Shown here: piece after piece, positions 43,368 to 56,600 of the stretch
How positions within the stretch are numbered: the stretch's first letter is position 1
Layout: every line of letters starts with the position of its first letter
Source: Paraspadella gotoi
Taxonomy: Eukaryota > Animalia > Chaetognatha
Assembly: GCA_051294375.1 (NCBI GenBank)
Contig: CM119271.1
Span: 3,620,610 to 3,684,609, forward strand
Length of the DNA: 64,000 bases
Direction of reading: 5' to 3'
Translations under genes and position numbers: made by a program
Notes under the pieces: model-generated
What the model was told of the DNA's origin: nothing
Seen by the model: the letters and a program-made list of their open reading frames with translations, nothing else
The model's database searches: none

Positions 43368-44007
43368 NNNNNNNNNNNNNNNNNNNNNNNNNNNNNNNNN
43401 NNNNNNNNNNNNNNNNNNNNNNNNNNNNNNNNNNNNNNNNNNNNNNNNNNNNNNNNNNNNNNNNNNNNNNNNNNNNNNNNNNNNNNNNNNNNNNNNNNNN
43501 NNNNNNNNNNNNNNNNNNNNNNNNNNNNNNNNNNNNNNNNNNNNNNNNNNNNNNNNNNNNNNNNNNNNNNNNNNNNNNNNNNNNNNNNNNNNNNNNNNNN
43601 NNNNNNNNNNNNNNNNNNNNNNNNNNNNNNNNNNNNNNNNNNNNNNNNNNNNNNNNNNNNNNNNNNNNNNNNNNNNNNNNNNNNNNNNNNNNNNNNNNNN
43701 NNNNNNNNNNNNNNNNNNNNNNNNNNNNNNNNNNNNNNNNNNNNNNNNNNNNNNNNNNNNNNNNNNNNNNNNNNNNNNNNNNNNNNNNNNNNNNNNNNNN
43801 NNNNNNNNNNNNNNNNNNNNNNNNNNNNNNNNNNNNNNNNNNNNNNNNNNNNNNNNNNNNNNNNNNNNNNNNNNNNNNNNNNNNNNNNNNNGACTCGTGT
43901 AAATTTTATTCACTGCCTAAAATTTGACTTCAATAAGTTTGAACGTTTCTCTATGTTTAAGAAATTTTAATAAAACATCAGGTATTCACTGTTCATAAGA
44001 ATGTTTT

Positions 44008-44052
<45 letters not shown>

Positions 44053-45169
44053 CCCCTCTCTCTCTAAACCTTCTTTCCTTCTTGGGTGGGCCGTGAATTG
44101 AATATCAAAATGCAGTTATTGCGTTCGAGATTTTCTTTCTTTTTTTTCTCTTTCTTTCTTTTTCTCTCCTTTCAAGGCGAAAAAACACGAGACACGCTTG
44201 TCTGTCTGTCCGTCCGTTCGTTTGACTTACGGTAAGACAGATTGACGTACATACTTCCTCTTACTTATGGTCTAATAATCGTCCCATATTGAACATAGTG
44301 CGCACTGCACACTCATAGCAGAATCACTGAAAATGACGAGAGGAAAAAAAAAAATTTCGCCGATGAAATCAAAGGTATTTCAAGGACCTCCTCAGTGCGT
44401 CAAGGCTTTTCCCCTTTTGCCAAGTGCAATCTCTCTCTCACTCTCTCTCTGTCTCTCTCTTCCTCCCACTCTCTCTCTCTCTCTCTCCCTTCCTTTCCCC
44501 CCCTCTCTCTCCCTCTCTCTCGTTCCCAAGATCTCTTTCCACAATTCTTATGAAATATTTAGGGCAGGCATTTCTATAAATCATGTTCTGGCAAAATCGT
44601 CTGCCATGAAGGGGCAATTGATGCTGAATATGTAATGCGATTTCGCAGGGAAGCCTTTTAAATATTTAAAATAAATAAGGATATTCGTTTTCGTTTTTTT
44701 TAATAATTTTTGTTTAAATTTAATAAGAAAAACCTTAAACATTATTTTAGCGTTTTTTTTTGTTTCGCTGATCTTATTTTTCTCATGATAAGTTGACATA
44801 CAAAAATTACTGTTTTGACTAAGTATTGATTAATAAACATATTCTGTTAATTGTCTTGTGGTAGATAATAATATAAATCTGTAAGAGATTTTCCTTCATT
44901 TCCTTCATTTCCTACATATTGACAAAAAAGTTTTAAATTTTTAACTTTTAAATTTTTAAGTTTTGAATTTTTTGAGCAAACGTTTGCTCAATTTAATTTT
45001 AGTAGCAGAAAATAATTCTGCTTTTGTTTACTACGTTTGTTTAGTAATCTCTCTTTGATAAAAAGTGTCTCATTTTAAAATTTTCTATCGTCAAAACCAG
45101 TTTCCTTTTTTCTCTTTTCCCTCGTCGTGAATTTCCTTTCTTTTTCGTTGTGATTGCGTATTGGAAGAC

Positions 45170-45232
45170 GTTTTTAATGTTTTTCTACAACGACTTTATT
45201 TGTAAAAACGTACATGTTTCGGCTTACATACA
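45170..45232 (-). repeat. Diverged fragment of the same family as 23059-23140
   Basis: Minus strand reads AAGCCGAAACATGTACGTTTTTACAAATAAAGTCGTTGT, versus AAGCCGAAACATGTTCATTTTT...AATAAATTCGTTGT at 23067. Confidence 0.6.
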
Positions 45233-46336
45233 TCTTTTTACCTAAACAAGTCTCGATTTCATGTTTCCTTTTTTCTCTCTTTCGTCAAAAATTTCTTTAA
45301 AAATTAGCGATTTACTTATCCCTCAAAAATTGTACAATATTTTTTTTTTCTTCAATTTTTTTTCCGTTTATTAACTGTTGCTACCTATTAGGAGGATTTG
45401 TTTCTTACTTTCTCTACTCTATTTTTAATCTTAAATGACGCAAGTATCAAAGTATTATTAGTGCCACAGTAACAGTTCAGCTTGAGCCCTTGAAAGCGAT
45501 TTACAAGTATTGGCGCAGCCACTGGTTTCAATTTGTCGAAACTCGTTTTTTTTTCCCTCGTTTCCCTTTTGTCCGTTTTCGTCTCGCTTCAACGTTCCCC
45601 TTTTCGCGCCTCCTGTCGTCTTTATTTGTCTCGTATCTTTATGTCCCCATTAAGCAAAGAGCCAAGAACAAGAATAAAAACGACGGTACACGAACGACGA
45701 CGATGACGATGACGAGGACGATGATGACAATGACGATAACAACGAAGAAAACCAGGTGAAGGCGAAGAAAAACGAACGTGAAGATTAAGACATTGACCAA
45801 AAAAAGAGAAAAAAAAAAGAGAGGAATTAATAGAAAACAAGATCGGTGCCGCAGTTACTTTCTTAGCCCGTGTATTTATGAAATGCATTTGATCGTAATT
45901 CCGTCTTTTATTCTTCATAGTTTTAGGATTTCCTGAAGGCGGCGCTAGCAGTCCCTTAGATTTTAGGTTTTTTTCCCTATCCTAACAAATGAGCAACGAA
46001 CTATAGGCGAGTTATGAGGATTTTTAATGGAAGTGGGACAGACAGACGGACAGACATATCGACCAACCGATAAGTGACTTATTGAATCGCTCCGCTCAAC
46101 TACAGCGACAACTACAGCGACGACGACGATTTTGGCAACAACAACAACAACAAGAAAAACAACGACGACGACGACGACGAGACCAAGAGACCTAGTCCTA
46201 GAATCCAAATCTGAGACGAACATCAATGTTGAAGACAGAATTAGCTGAATCAAGGGCAATTGTAATAATCAGAGTGAGGTGTGGCGCAGTGAGAGGAAAG
46301 GGGGAAAAAGTAAGTTAAAGTTATAGAGAGGAAGGG

Positions 46337-46546
46337 AAGTTAGAGTTTCTTTGTAACCAATCTCTGAAATATTTTCGGTGCAATGAACACCAAAAGTTTT
46401 ATGATAAAATATATATTTGTCTTTGTTTCAGGGAACCAAAATCCCCGAAACAAAAACACACATTTATTTATAATTTTTGATATAAAACTTTTGGTGTTCA
46501 TTGCGCCGAAAATATTTCTCAATTGGTTACAAAGAAACTATAACTT
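46337..46546. repeat. Hairpin/MITE-like inverted repeat, ~70 bp arms
   Basis: AAGTTAGAGTTTCTTTGTAACCAAT..GAAATATTTTCGGTGCAATGAACACCAAAAGTTTTAT mirrors ATAAAACTTTTGGTGTTCATTGCGCCGAAAATATTTC..ATTGGTTACAAAGAAACTATAACTT. Confidence 0.88.
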
Positions 46547-46804
46547 TTGACAGCCTCGCCAGGTCAGTTATATTGAAACATTGACGTTTGACAGCCTCGC
46601 CATTGTCAGTTACATTGAAACATTGACGTTTGACAGCCTCGCCAATGTCAGTTACATTGAAACATTGACGTTTGACAGCCTCGCCATTGTCAGTTACATT
46701 GAAACATTGACGTTTGACAGCCTCGCCAATGTCAGTTACATTGAAACATTGACGTTTGACAGCCTCGCCATTGTCAGTTACATTGAAACATTGACGTTTG
46801 ACAG
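46546..46804. repeat. 42 bp minisatellite, 6 copies, with alternating variants
   Basis: Unit TTTGACAGCCTCGCCA(T/A)TGTCAGTTACATTGAAACATTGACG; T and A alternate strictly in units 2-6. Confidence 0.95.
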
Positions 46805-46999
46805 GAAGCCGTCAGGTTGTCGGTGATGAATCGCGAGCGAATGAAACTTCTTCTCCCGCGTGAAACAAAACAAGAAAGAGACGCGGCGACGCTTCACCGA
46901 TTAATCACTTTTGTCTTTCACCATCTGTCTTTCTCTCTTTCTTTTTTTCTTTCTTTCTCTTTGTCTGTCTGTCTTTCTTTCTTTCTTTCTGTCTTTCTG

Positions 47000-47051
<52 letters not shown>

Positions 47052-47356
47052 TGTTTTAGATCCTTTGTTTCTTTTTCTTCTCTTTGTTACTTTCTCTCTT
47101 TTTTTTCTCTNNNNNNNNNNNNNNNNNNNNNNNNNNNNNNNNNNNNNNNNNNNNNNNNNNNNNNNNNNNNNNNNNNNNNNNNNNNNNNNNNNNNNNNNNN
47201 NNNNNNNNNNNNNNNNNNNNNNNNNNNNNNNNNNNNNNNNNNNNNNNNNNNNNNNNNNNNNNNNNNNNNNNNNNNNNNNNNNNNNNNNNNNNNNNNNNNN
47301 NNNNNNNNNNNNNNNNNNNNNNNNNNNNNNNNNNNNNNNNNNNNNNNNNNNNNNNN

Positions 47357-47392
<36 letters not shown>

Positions 47393-47505
47393 CCCCTTTG
47401 ACGTGGAGGTATTAAGCCATCATATTTATCCCAGCGTCTTTTTCCCTTCCGAAGTCGGACAACGCCGAGGCCGATGGGATTTAATTCTTCTAACAGAGCG
47501 TGAGA

Positions 47506-47567
<62 letters not shown>

Positions 47568-50500
47568 AGAAAGTGGGAGAAGGAAAAAAGAATTTAAGAG
47601 AGAGAATGAATAAAATTATCGAAAAAAAGTAATATTGTCGCAAGGGTACTGACAAAGGAGAAAGCCATTCATGAGAAGACACTTCAAGGGTGCGGCCACT
47701 GGTCAGTGGTCACTTATAGAATGAAATTCAGCTGAACTCTCCGTGTCGGTGGTTAAATATTGGGTGGTGTAAATACAAGCAACCAAAGACTTGCAATTAA
47801 AGAAAAAAAAAGTAAACTGCAAAGAGGTACATGTTAAAATACTTATACTTATATGACATCTCTTTCGTGAAATTGACGATTAAACCAGCTGATCCGATAA
47901 TTGTTGACAGTAGGCTAACATGATATTGTAAGTATATCTAATGATAGAGATAACGTAGTAGTTTGTTAGATCAGTGAAAAAAACGGAAACTACATGGTAC
48001 ATGCTATAGTCGATAGGGAGAAAATTAGATAAAGGGAAAGAGAGGGGGAGAGAGAGAGAGAGAAGAGAAAGAGAGAGGGAGAGAGAGATAGAGATAGATA
48101 GAGAAAGAGAGACAGAGACAAAGAGAGAAAGAGAGAAAGAGAGAGAGCGAGAGAGAAAGAGGAACAGAGACAAAGAGACAAAGAGAGAGAGAGATAGAGA
48201 GAGGGTTCTGGAGAGAAAACGCAACCGAGAGAAAATAATTATTCTTTCTGCGTTTTCCCTTTTACAATACACCGGCACGTTTTAAGCTTTCCTTTCCCAC
48301 TTTCCTTTTGGCACCCTTTGCTCATTTGAGTGCGAGAGAGAGGGAGANNNNNNNNNNNNNNNNNNNNNNNNNNNNNNNNNNNNNNNNNNNNNNNNNNNNN
48401 NNNNNNNNNNNNNNNNNNNNNNNNNNNNNNNNNNNNNNNNNNNNNNNNNNNNNNNNNNNNNNNNNNNNNNNNNNNNNNNNNNNNNNNNNNNNNNNNNNNN
48501 NNNNNNNNNNNNNNNNNNNNNNNNNNNNNNNNNNNNNNNNNNNNNNNNNNNNNNNNNNNNNNNNNNNNNNNNNNNNNNNNNNNNNNNNNNNNNNNTCCTC
48601 CTCCTCCTCCTCCTCCTCCTTTCTCCTTATCATGAATCTGTTTGTCAATATGCGGCGAGAAAGGCGCCAGCCGCCGCGGCATCAAGGCGTTGGGAGAGGG
48701 ATAGAGAGAGAGAGAAAGGATGGGGAGAGAGGAAGGGGAATAAAGAGAGGAAAATAGGGGAGAGAAAGATAGGGAGAAAGAGATAGAGAAAGGAGAGTTA
48801 GAGAGGGGAAGAAAGAGAGGAAAATGGGAGGAAAGAAAAGGAACGATTTTATTAAATGTCGTGAAATTTACTTGAATACCATAAATCGAATCGTCAGGTT
48901 GCAAGTTCGAATTTTAAAAAGGCGTTGTGGATCTTCAAAGAGANNNNNNNNNNNNNNNNNNNNNNNNNNNNNNNNNNNNNNNNNNNNNNNNNNNNNNNNN
49001 NNNNNNNNNNNNNNNNNNNNNNNNNNNNNNNNNNNNNNNNNNNNNNNNNNNNNNNNNNNNNNNNNNNNNNNNNNNNNNNNNNNNNNNNNNNNNNNNNNNN
49101 NNNNNNNNNNNNNNNNNNNNNNNNNNNNNNNNNNNNNNNNNNNNNNNNNNNNNNNNNNNNNNNNNNNNNNNNNNNNNNNNNNNNNNNNNNNNNNNNNNNN
49201 NNNNNNNNNNNNNNNNNNNNNNNNNNNNNNNNNNNNNNNNNNNNNNNNNNNNNNNNNNNNNNNNNNNNNNNNNNNNNNNNNNNNNNNNNNNNNNNNNNNN
49301 NNNNNNNNNNNNNNNNNNNNNNNNNNNNNNNNNNNNNNNNNNNNNNNNNNNNNNNNNNNNNNNNNNNNNNNNNNNNNNNNNNNNNNNNNNNNNNNNNNNN
49401 NNNNNNNNNNNNNNNNNNNNNNNNNNNNNNNNNNNNNNNNNNNNNNNNNNNNNNNNNNNNNNNNNNNNNNNNNNNNNNNNNNNNNNNNNNNNNNNNNNNN
49501 NNNNNNNNNNNNNNNNNNNNNNNNNNNNNNNNNNNNNNNNNNNNNNNNNNNNNNNNNNNNNNNNNNNNNNNNNNNNNNNNNNNNNNNNNNNNNNNNNNNN
49601 NNNNNNNNNNNNNNNNNNNNNNNNNNNNNNNNNNNNNNNNNNNNNNNNNNNNNNNNNNGAGGAAAGGAAAAAAGGGAGGAAAGGAGAACAATAAAGGGTT
49701 GAAAGAGAAAAATAAAGGGAGGAAAGAGAAAAGGGAGGAAAGGAGAAAAATAAAGGGAGAAAATCGCGGGTTTTTGTTCTTTTTATTCAAACAAAACAAT
49801 CATAAAATGGTAACAATTAGCGCCAGATTTAATTAAAACAATTAGATCGAAACCAAAAATATAAAACAAAGAAACAAGCATGAGAGATAGAAAAAAGAAT
49901 TGTTCTCGATGAAAAAGCGAAAGAAATGTGAGGTTTTTGTGAATCGTTTCGCACCTGAAAAAAAATGGGAAGGAAACGACCACTCACCACTCACAGTTCA
50001 CCAACAACCGGTTTGACCTCATGTACTTCTCATCCTCTTTTTCTTCTCGAAACTTTATCATCTCTTCTCCCCTCTCCCTGCGCTCTTCTCTCCCTCTCTC
50101 TTCTCTTCCTCTCCCTTCTCTCATTCTCTCTCTCTCCCCCTCTCCCTTCTCCATTTTCCCCCTCTCCCTTCTCTCCCTTCCCCTGCACATTCTGCATTCG
50201 CTCATTGGATTTTCATTACGGATTCATTATGTTTGAATGCGTTAAGAATGATGATAATCCTGTTAGTGATTAAACTTGATCTTTGACTTTGTGATTAAAA
50301 ATTTTATTTACAAACTAGGTCATGGATTCGATTAAATGTTGTAACGGGTACTAAAAGTTAAATTGGATAAGGTTACTTTAATTTTTAATATATATTTCAT
50401 CTTCATTCATTTATTTTTTATTTCAATTCTTTTCCAGCTTTTTCAGTTTTCTCAATCTCGTTCTAAAGTCATTTGTAATAAGGTAAAAAAAAAGAAGTCA

Positions 50501-52119
50501 AGCGAGGTCAAGATATGAAGTTACCACAGCTTCGATGTATCTGTCCTTCGTAAAGATTGTTATTTTTTTCAGACTAACAACCGTGTCACTCAAAAAAAAA
50601 ANNNNNNNNNNNNNNNNNNNNNNNNNNNNNNNNNNNNNNNNNNNNNNNNNNNNNNNNNNNNNNNNNNNNNNNNNNNNNNNNNNNNNNNNNNNNNNNNNNN
50701 NNNNNNNNNNNNNNNNNNNNNNNNNNNNNNNNNNNNNNNNNNNNNNNNNNNNNNNNNNNNNNNNNNNNNNNNNNNNNNNNNNNNNNNNNNNNNNNNNNNN
50801 NNNNNNNNNNNNNNNNNNNNNNNNNNNNNNNNNNNNNNNNNNNNNNNNNNNNNNNNNNNNNNNNNNNNNNNNNNNNNNNNNNNNNNNNNNNNNNNNNNNN
50901 NNNNNNNNNNNNNNNNNNNNNNNNNNNNNNNNNNNNNNNNNNNNNNNNNNNNNNNNNNNNNNNNNNNNNNNNNNNNNNNNNNNNNNNNNNNNNNNNNNNN
51001 NNNNNNNNNNNNNNNNNNNNNNNNNNNNNNNNNNNNNNNAGAGAAGAGAAGAGAGAGAGAGGAGAAGAGAGATGGGAGAGAAGAGAGAGAGAGAGAGAAG
51101 AGAACAATCTGGACGGAGCGAGTGAGATAGGGAGATGGAGTCAACGAAAATTTGAAATTCAGTGAGATTTTCGCTTGGGTTTGTTCCCAAACAACGAAAC
51201 GCTGTCGGTGAAACTGAGCGGAATAATTAATTTCCATCCCTGAATATTTTTTTTTCGCTCTTTACTATTTGTGAATTTTTTTTTTATTTATGAAAGTAGG
51301 TGTCGACAGAGAAAAATTGTTTTGGCTTTTTTTTTTACACTTAAAACCGTTTTAAATATTCTAATATTCAAATAAACTTTTTTTTGGAGAAAGTTGATAG
51401 TACCAACTGTGTTTTCATATCCTGAAAAAAAAATTTTGTCGCTTATTTATATTTTAAAATTTGAAACTTTAAGTATAGCCTTAACGAGAAATAAAATTTG
51501 GTTCTTGTTTGTGCTAAACCTATTTTAAACAATAGTTTGAATTAAATGAAACTCAAATTCGATTGCAAACTTTCTATTTATTGTACGAATTGTAATTCTT
51601 TGACAAAACAATAGAACTAAACATGAAACAATAAAGTAAATCGACGCCGACGACGACGAAGACGACGACGACGCCGACGACGACGACGCCGACAACGACG
51701 ACGACGACGACGTCGACGACGCCGACGCCGACCTTGGCAGGAGGCAAATCCAGATCCTGGTTAATGAGCGCAAGAAGGAGTTTCGGATTCCTTCGGTCCG
51801 GGACATTAGACATCACGCACAGACTCACTGAGCTCACGCACGAGAATTTCACAGGAAATAGCGTGATCAAGGCGGAGAAGGGAGGGGGGAGAAAAAGAGA
51901 GAGGGAGGGGAAGTAGGGAAAGGAAGTGCAGGGAGAATGAGAAAGAAACAAGAAAAATGAGGGAGAAATTTATATAATTTTCTCCCATTTGTTTCCTTCA
52001 GTCTGCAGAATAAGAACCCGATTTTTTTTTTTAACCAGAAAACTTGACGTTTGAATTCATAACAAAGAATATAATAAAAGGAAGAATAAAAAAAGAAAAT
52101 ATTTAGATTTGGTAGTCGC

Positions 52120-52330
52120 AGGATTGTGCCCACGTATTATTGGGCCCATAAAATTGCGTCCCAAGGATTGCACTCACGTAGCATTGCGCCCATATAGAAT
52201 TGCACCCATGGTATTCCGCTCACGTAAGATTGCGCCCACATGGGATTCCGCCCTGTAGGATTCCGCCCACGTAGAATTGCGCCCATAGTATTGCGCCCAA
52301 AGGATTGTACCCATGATTGATTCCACGTGG
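52120..52330. repeat. Degenerate 15-17 bp tandem repeat with an ATTGCGCCCA core
   Basis: About 13 variants, such as GATTGTGCCCA, CATTGCGCCCA, AATTGCACCCA and GATTCCGCCCA, in direct orientation. Confidence 0.8.
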
Positions 52331-52463
52331 GTACAATCCTAATGGAACCTATTGCCTTGATTTGACAAAGTTTAACAACTTTCAATAATAGGTGATTTAA
52401 AATCGGCTGATACACGTAGACGGAACGAATTCAAATAAACTAATTAATGCGAGGCAATGATTG

Positions 52464-52589
<126 letters not shown>

Positions 52590-52713
52590 GGGAGGCAGCG
52601 GCAGACGGGGGACGCCTCCTGACAGGAAAACAGATTGGAGGCAAGCCTGTCACTAAACCTTCTTTCTTTTTAGCTTCCATCTCGCTTTCTTTCTTTCTTC
52701 TTTTTATTTCTTT

Positions 52714-52805
<92 letters not shown>

Positions 52806-53131
52806 TCACATCTTTTAGTTTCTTTCCTATTTAATTCCATTTTCTCACTAATTTCATCTTCGACTAATTTTACATTTTTTGTTTTGTAACCGCGCTCGGT
52901 ACAAAACCGTATCACGTAATTCGTACTGAGATTTAATTTCGTTTCGTTCTCACGTTTCATCGTCACGAATTCACGGATCTTATCACACTTCACCGCTTTA
53001 ACTCTCACTCCCTGTTTATAAATCTTTCTCTTTCACTGATTTCATAATTTTCACTTTCTCTTTTCTCCTTTCAGTTCATTTCTATTTTTTTCCTTCCCAA
53101 GATTACAGAATAATAAAAAATTCATTTATAG

Positions 53132-53132
<1 letters not shown>

Positions 53133-53191
<59 letters not shown>

Positions 53192-53216
53192 CAACAATCA
53201 ATCGAATCAATCAATC
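53133..53216. repeat. (CAAT)n microsatellite
   Basis: Tetranucleotide run, also present as (GATT)n at 28221-28247. Confidence 0.92.
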
Positions 53217-53621
53217 ACGCGCCAAGCAGCGATTTAGTTCCGGTCGAACACAATCGTGAGGATTGTCTGACGTCTAAAAATGCGGGGATAATTTTTGAAA
53301 GTTAATTTCTCATTAGGTAATTAATCTCGCTGAACGAGTCGAACAGTAAAACGATAACATCACAGGCTTTTACTGCTTTTTTTTTTCAGTGAGAAAACAT
53401 GGGGATTCAGCGGCGAAAACAGTCGGACTTAATGATTAGCGAAACAGCGTTGAGCGATCGGGTAACGAGGAGCCTCTCATTATCGTCGTTGTTGTCGTCG
53501 TTGTTGTCTTTTACCGTTGCCGATTAAAGAAAAATGTGGTTTTGTGGGAACACTTTGAATAATAATTGTTTGCGTATTTTGTTTTGAAATGATATGTACC
53601 AAAAAGACGAATATTAAATTT

Positions 53622-53673
53622 GTAACAGCCGAGATTCGAACCTTCGACCTTCATATCCGCGTCACACCGGCCC
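53622..53673 (-). other. tRNA-derived/SINE-like fragment (B-box and T-arm-like hairpin)
   Basis: Minus strand reads GGTCGAAGGTTCGAATCTCGGC. It is truncated by a gap and has no full cloverleaf. Confidence 0.35.
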
Positions 53674-53698
53674 NNNNNNNNNNNNNNNNNNNNNNNNN

Positions 53699-56600
53699 GT
53701 CGGACCAGAGACCGCTGATCTATCGCACAGCATGCAGAGACGCTGAGGAGACGAGAGACGGGCGAGAGATAAGATGAAGAGAGAGACGATCTGGACTTGA
53801 GAGCGAGTGAGATAGGGAGATGGAGTCAACGAAAAATTTGAAAATTAGTGAGATTTTCGCTTGGGTTTGTTCCCAAACAACGAAACGCTGTCGGTGAAAC
53901 TGAGCGGGAATAATTATTAATTTCCATCCCTGAATATTTTTTTTTTCGCTCTTACTTACTTTGTGAATTTTTTTTTATTTTATGAAAGTAGGTGTCGACA
54001 GAGAAAAAATTGTTTTGGCTTTTTTTTTTACACTTTTAAAACCGTTTTTAAAATATTCTAATATCTCAAATAAACTTTTTTTTGGAGAAAGTGATAGTCA
54101 CCAACTGTGTTTTCATATCCTGAAAAAAAATAATTTTGGTCGCTTATTTATGATTTTAAAATTTTGAACTTTAAGTATAGCCTTAACGAGAAATATAAAT
54201 TTGGTTCTTGTTTGTTGCTAAAACCTATTTTAAACAAATAGTTTGAATTAAATGAAACTCAAATTCGATTGCAAACTTTTCTATTTATTGTACGAATTGT
54301 AATTCTTTGACAAAACAATAGAAACTAAACATGAAACAATAAAGTAAATCGACGCCGACGACGACGAAGTACGACGACGACGCCGACGACGACGACGCCG
54401 ACACGACGACGACGACGACGTCGACGACGCCACGCCGACCTTGGCAGGAGGCAAATCCAGATTCCTGGTTAATGAGCGCAAGAAGGAGTTTCGGATTCCT
54501 TCGGTCCGGGACATTAGACATCACGCACAGACTCACTGAGCTCACGCACGAGAATTTCACAGGAAATAGCGTGATCAAGGCGGAGAAGGGAGGGGGGAGA
54601 AAAAGAGAGAGGGAGGGGAAGTAGGGAAAGGAAGTGCAGGGAGAATGAGAAAGAAACAAGAAAAATGAGGGAGAAATTTATATAATTTTCTCCCATTTGT
54701 TTCCTTCAGTCTCAGAATAAGAACCGATTTTTTTTTTTAACCAGAAAACTTGACCGTTTGAATTTCATAACAAAGAATATATAAAAGGAAGAATATATTA
54801 ATAAAAAAGGAAAAATTATTTGAGATATTGGTTCAGGTTGTATAGTCGCAAGGAGGTATTAGTGCCCAAGCGTATAAATAGTTGGGACCCACTAGAAAAT
54901 TTTGGCAGTAACGTTCAAAGCCAAGAGAATTTGCACTCAACAGATAGAAGAGAGGATTAGCCGAGCCAAAAAGAAAATATAGGCAATTAGCACCCATGGG
55001 GGAAAAGCTTATTCCGCCTCACGCTAGAGTTGCGGCCCCAGAAATGAGGGAGAATCCCCGCGAAGACCTTGTTAGGAATTCCGCCCCACCGTAGAATTGC
55101 TTGCCTCATAGTATTGCAAAGAGCAGCCCAAAGGATATTGTCACCCCAATGGATTGATTCCACGATTTGCAGGTACGAATCCTAAAAGCTGAGCGAAGAA
55201 AAAGAAAGCAACTAGCAATTTGGCCTTTGAGCTTTGACAAAAAAAGTTTAACAACTTTCAATATAGTCAAGACCGTGAATAAAGAAGAAAGAAAAGAAAG
55301 AAAGAAGAGAAAAGAAAGGAATGTTCCTCCCACAAGCCAACAGACAGAAGAAAGAAAGAGAAGCAAAGAAAGAAAAAAGAAGACAAGCAAGAAGACAAAG
55401 CAAGCAGGCAAGCAATGCAAGGTGCAAGGCAACGCAAGGCGCCCAAGGCAATGTGTCAAAATCGGGGCCAACTTGAATACACGTGAGAAGCCAGGAAGCG
55501 ATATCTCACAAAAGCCAATAAACTGAGAAAATATAAAATGCAGAAAGAGAACAGTGGCAGATTGATTTTGAACACAAGGAAGAGGAAGAGTAAAGCAGAG
55601 AAGAGTTAAGCCGCGCCTAAAGATTTGTAGAAGAAGTAAATAAAAGACCAGAGGGGAGGAGAAAAGAAAAGTGAGACCTTAAAGAACGCCCAAAGGTTGT
55701 CGATGGGGAGAAGAGACGATAATCAAATGGAGAACACGCATTTCTAGATTCTTGAACCGTGGTTCTTCACTAACGCTTACCGACTCTCTAGAGGCGAAGC
55801 CCCTGCTGAATGCACTAATGAATATCCTTTCCGACAGTTGAGCCGAATCTTTCACACCTCTCTTCTAAGTCTGCTCGTCTTTCTCCGCCCGATAGAATGG
55901 GTGCGTCTCCGACGACTCTCTCCACCCCCCGCTCTGCCCGCCCTCGGACGCTCCCGACGAGGGAGAGCAGAGCGAGGAGACCCAAGACCTGAGTAGCAAA
56001 AAGAGATGAAGAGACCCGAGCTAGAAAGATTCGGGCAAAACGCTGCAGACGGGAAAGGAACAGTCCGTACCGCTTGTACTCGACGGGAAAGCACAAAACA
56101 AGATTGCGACGGTCAAGCCCGACGCCTTGGTCAACCTAAGACACCCCTGGTACCTTCTCCTTGTGAACCAGTCTCTCCATGCCCGACTTTCGTAACCGTT
56201 CTCTACTTACTCATCCCTCTTTTTGTTTTATTTCTGTTCTTCTGGTTCTTCACTCGTATTTCTTTTTTTTCTATGTATCCTCTATACAAATTTTGATGTA
56301 CCTCTTCTTCTTTCTTTCTCTGACTTCTGCTCCCTATTCTCGTGTATCCTCTTTTTGCGTTTTTGCTATTGATATTCTAAATTTCTTTTCTTCCCTCGCT
56401 TCGCTTCTCTTTTCTTTGTGCAGCATACTTTTTAGTTTCTTTCTGCGTATATTATTTGTTCCATTTTCTTTCAAATCATCTTCGCACTAAATTTGATACC
56501 ATTGTTTTTGATCTATATATAGTAACCGACGGAGGCATACATTGCCCCGAGGGCGGTGACAAAAACGACAAGAATAATTGTTCACGTGTATGTAATTCGC

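Noticed and set aside
46546-46804. CRISPR-like regular repeat with palindromic units
   Set aside because: Units are contiguous with no unique spacers, no cas genes are present, and the context is eukaryotic.
47390-47492. Possible minus-strand exon (ELNPIGLGVVRLRKGKRRWDKYDGLIPPRQRG)
   Set aside because: The acceptor tract is just a (TC)n microsatellite, the donor is weak and there is no homology.
51733-51813. Possible minus-strand exon MSNVPDRRNPKLLLALINQDLDLPPAK ending AAG|GTCGGC
   Set aside because: Plausible but isolated, with no recognisable family or partner exon.
53622-53673. Functional tRNA gene
   Set aside because: Only a B-box/T-arm-like part is visible; no acceptor stem or D-arm can be built before the gap.
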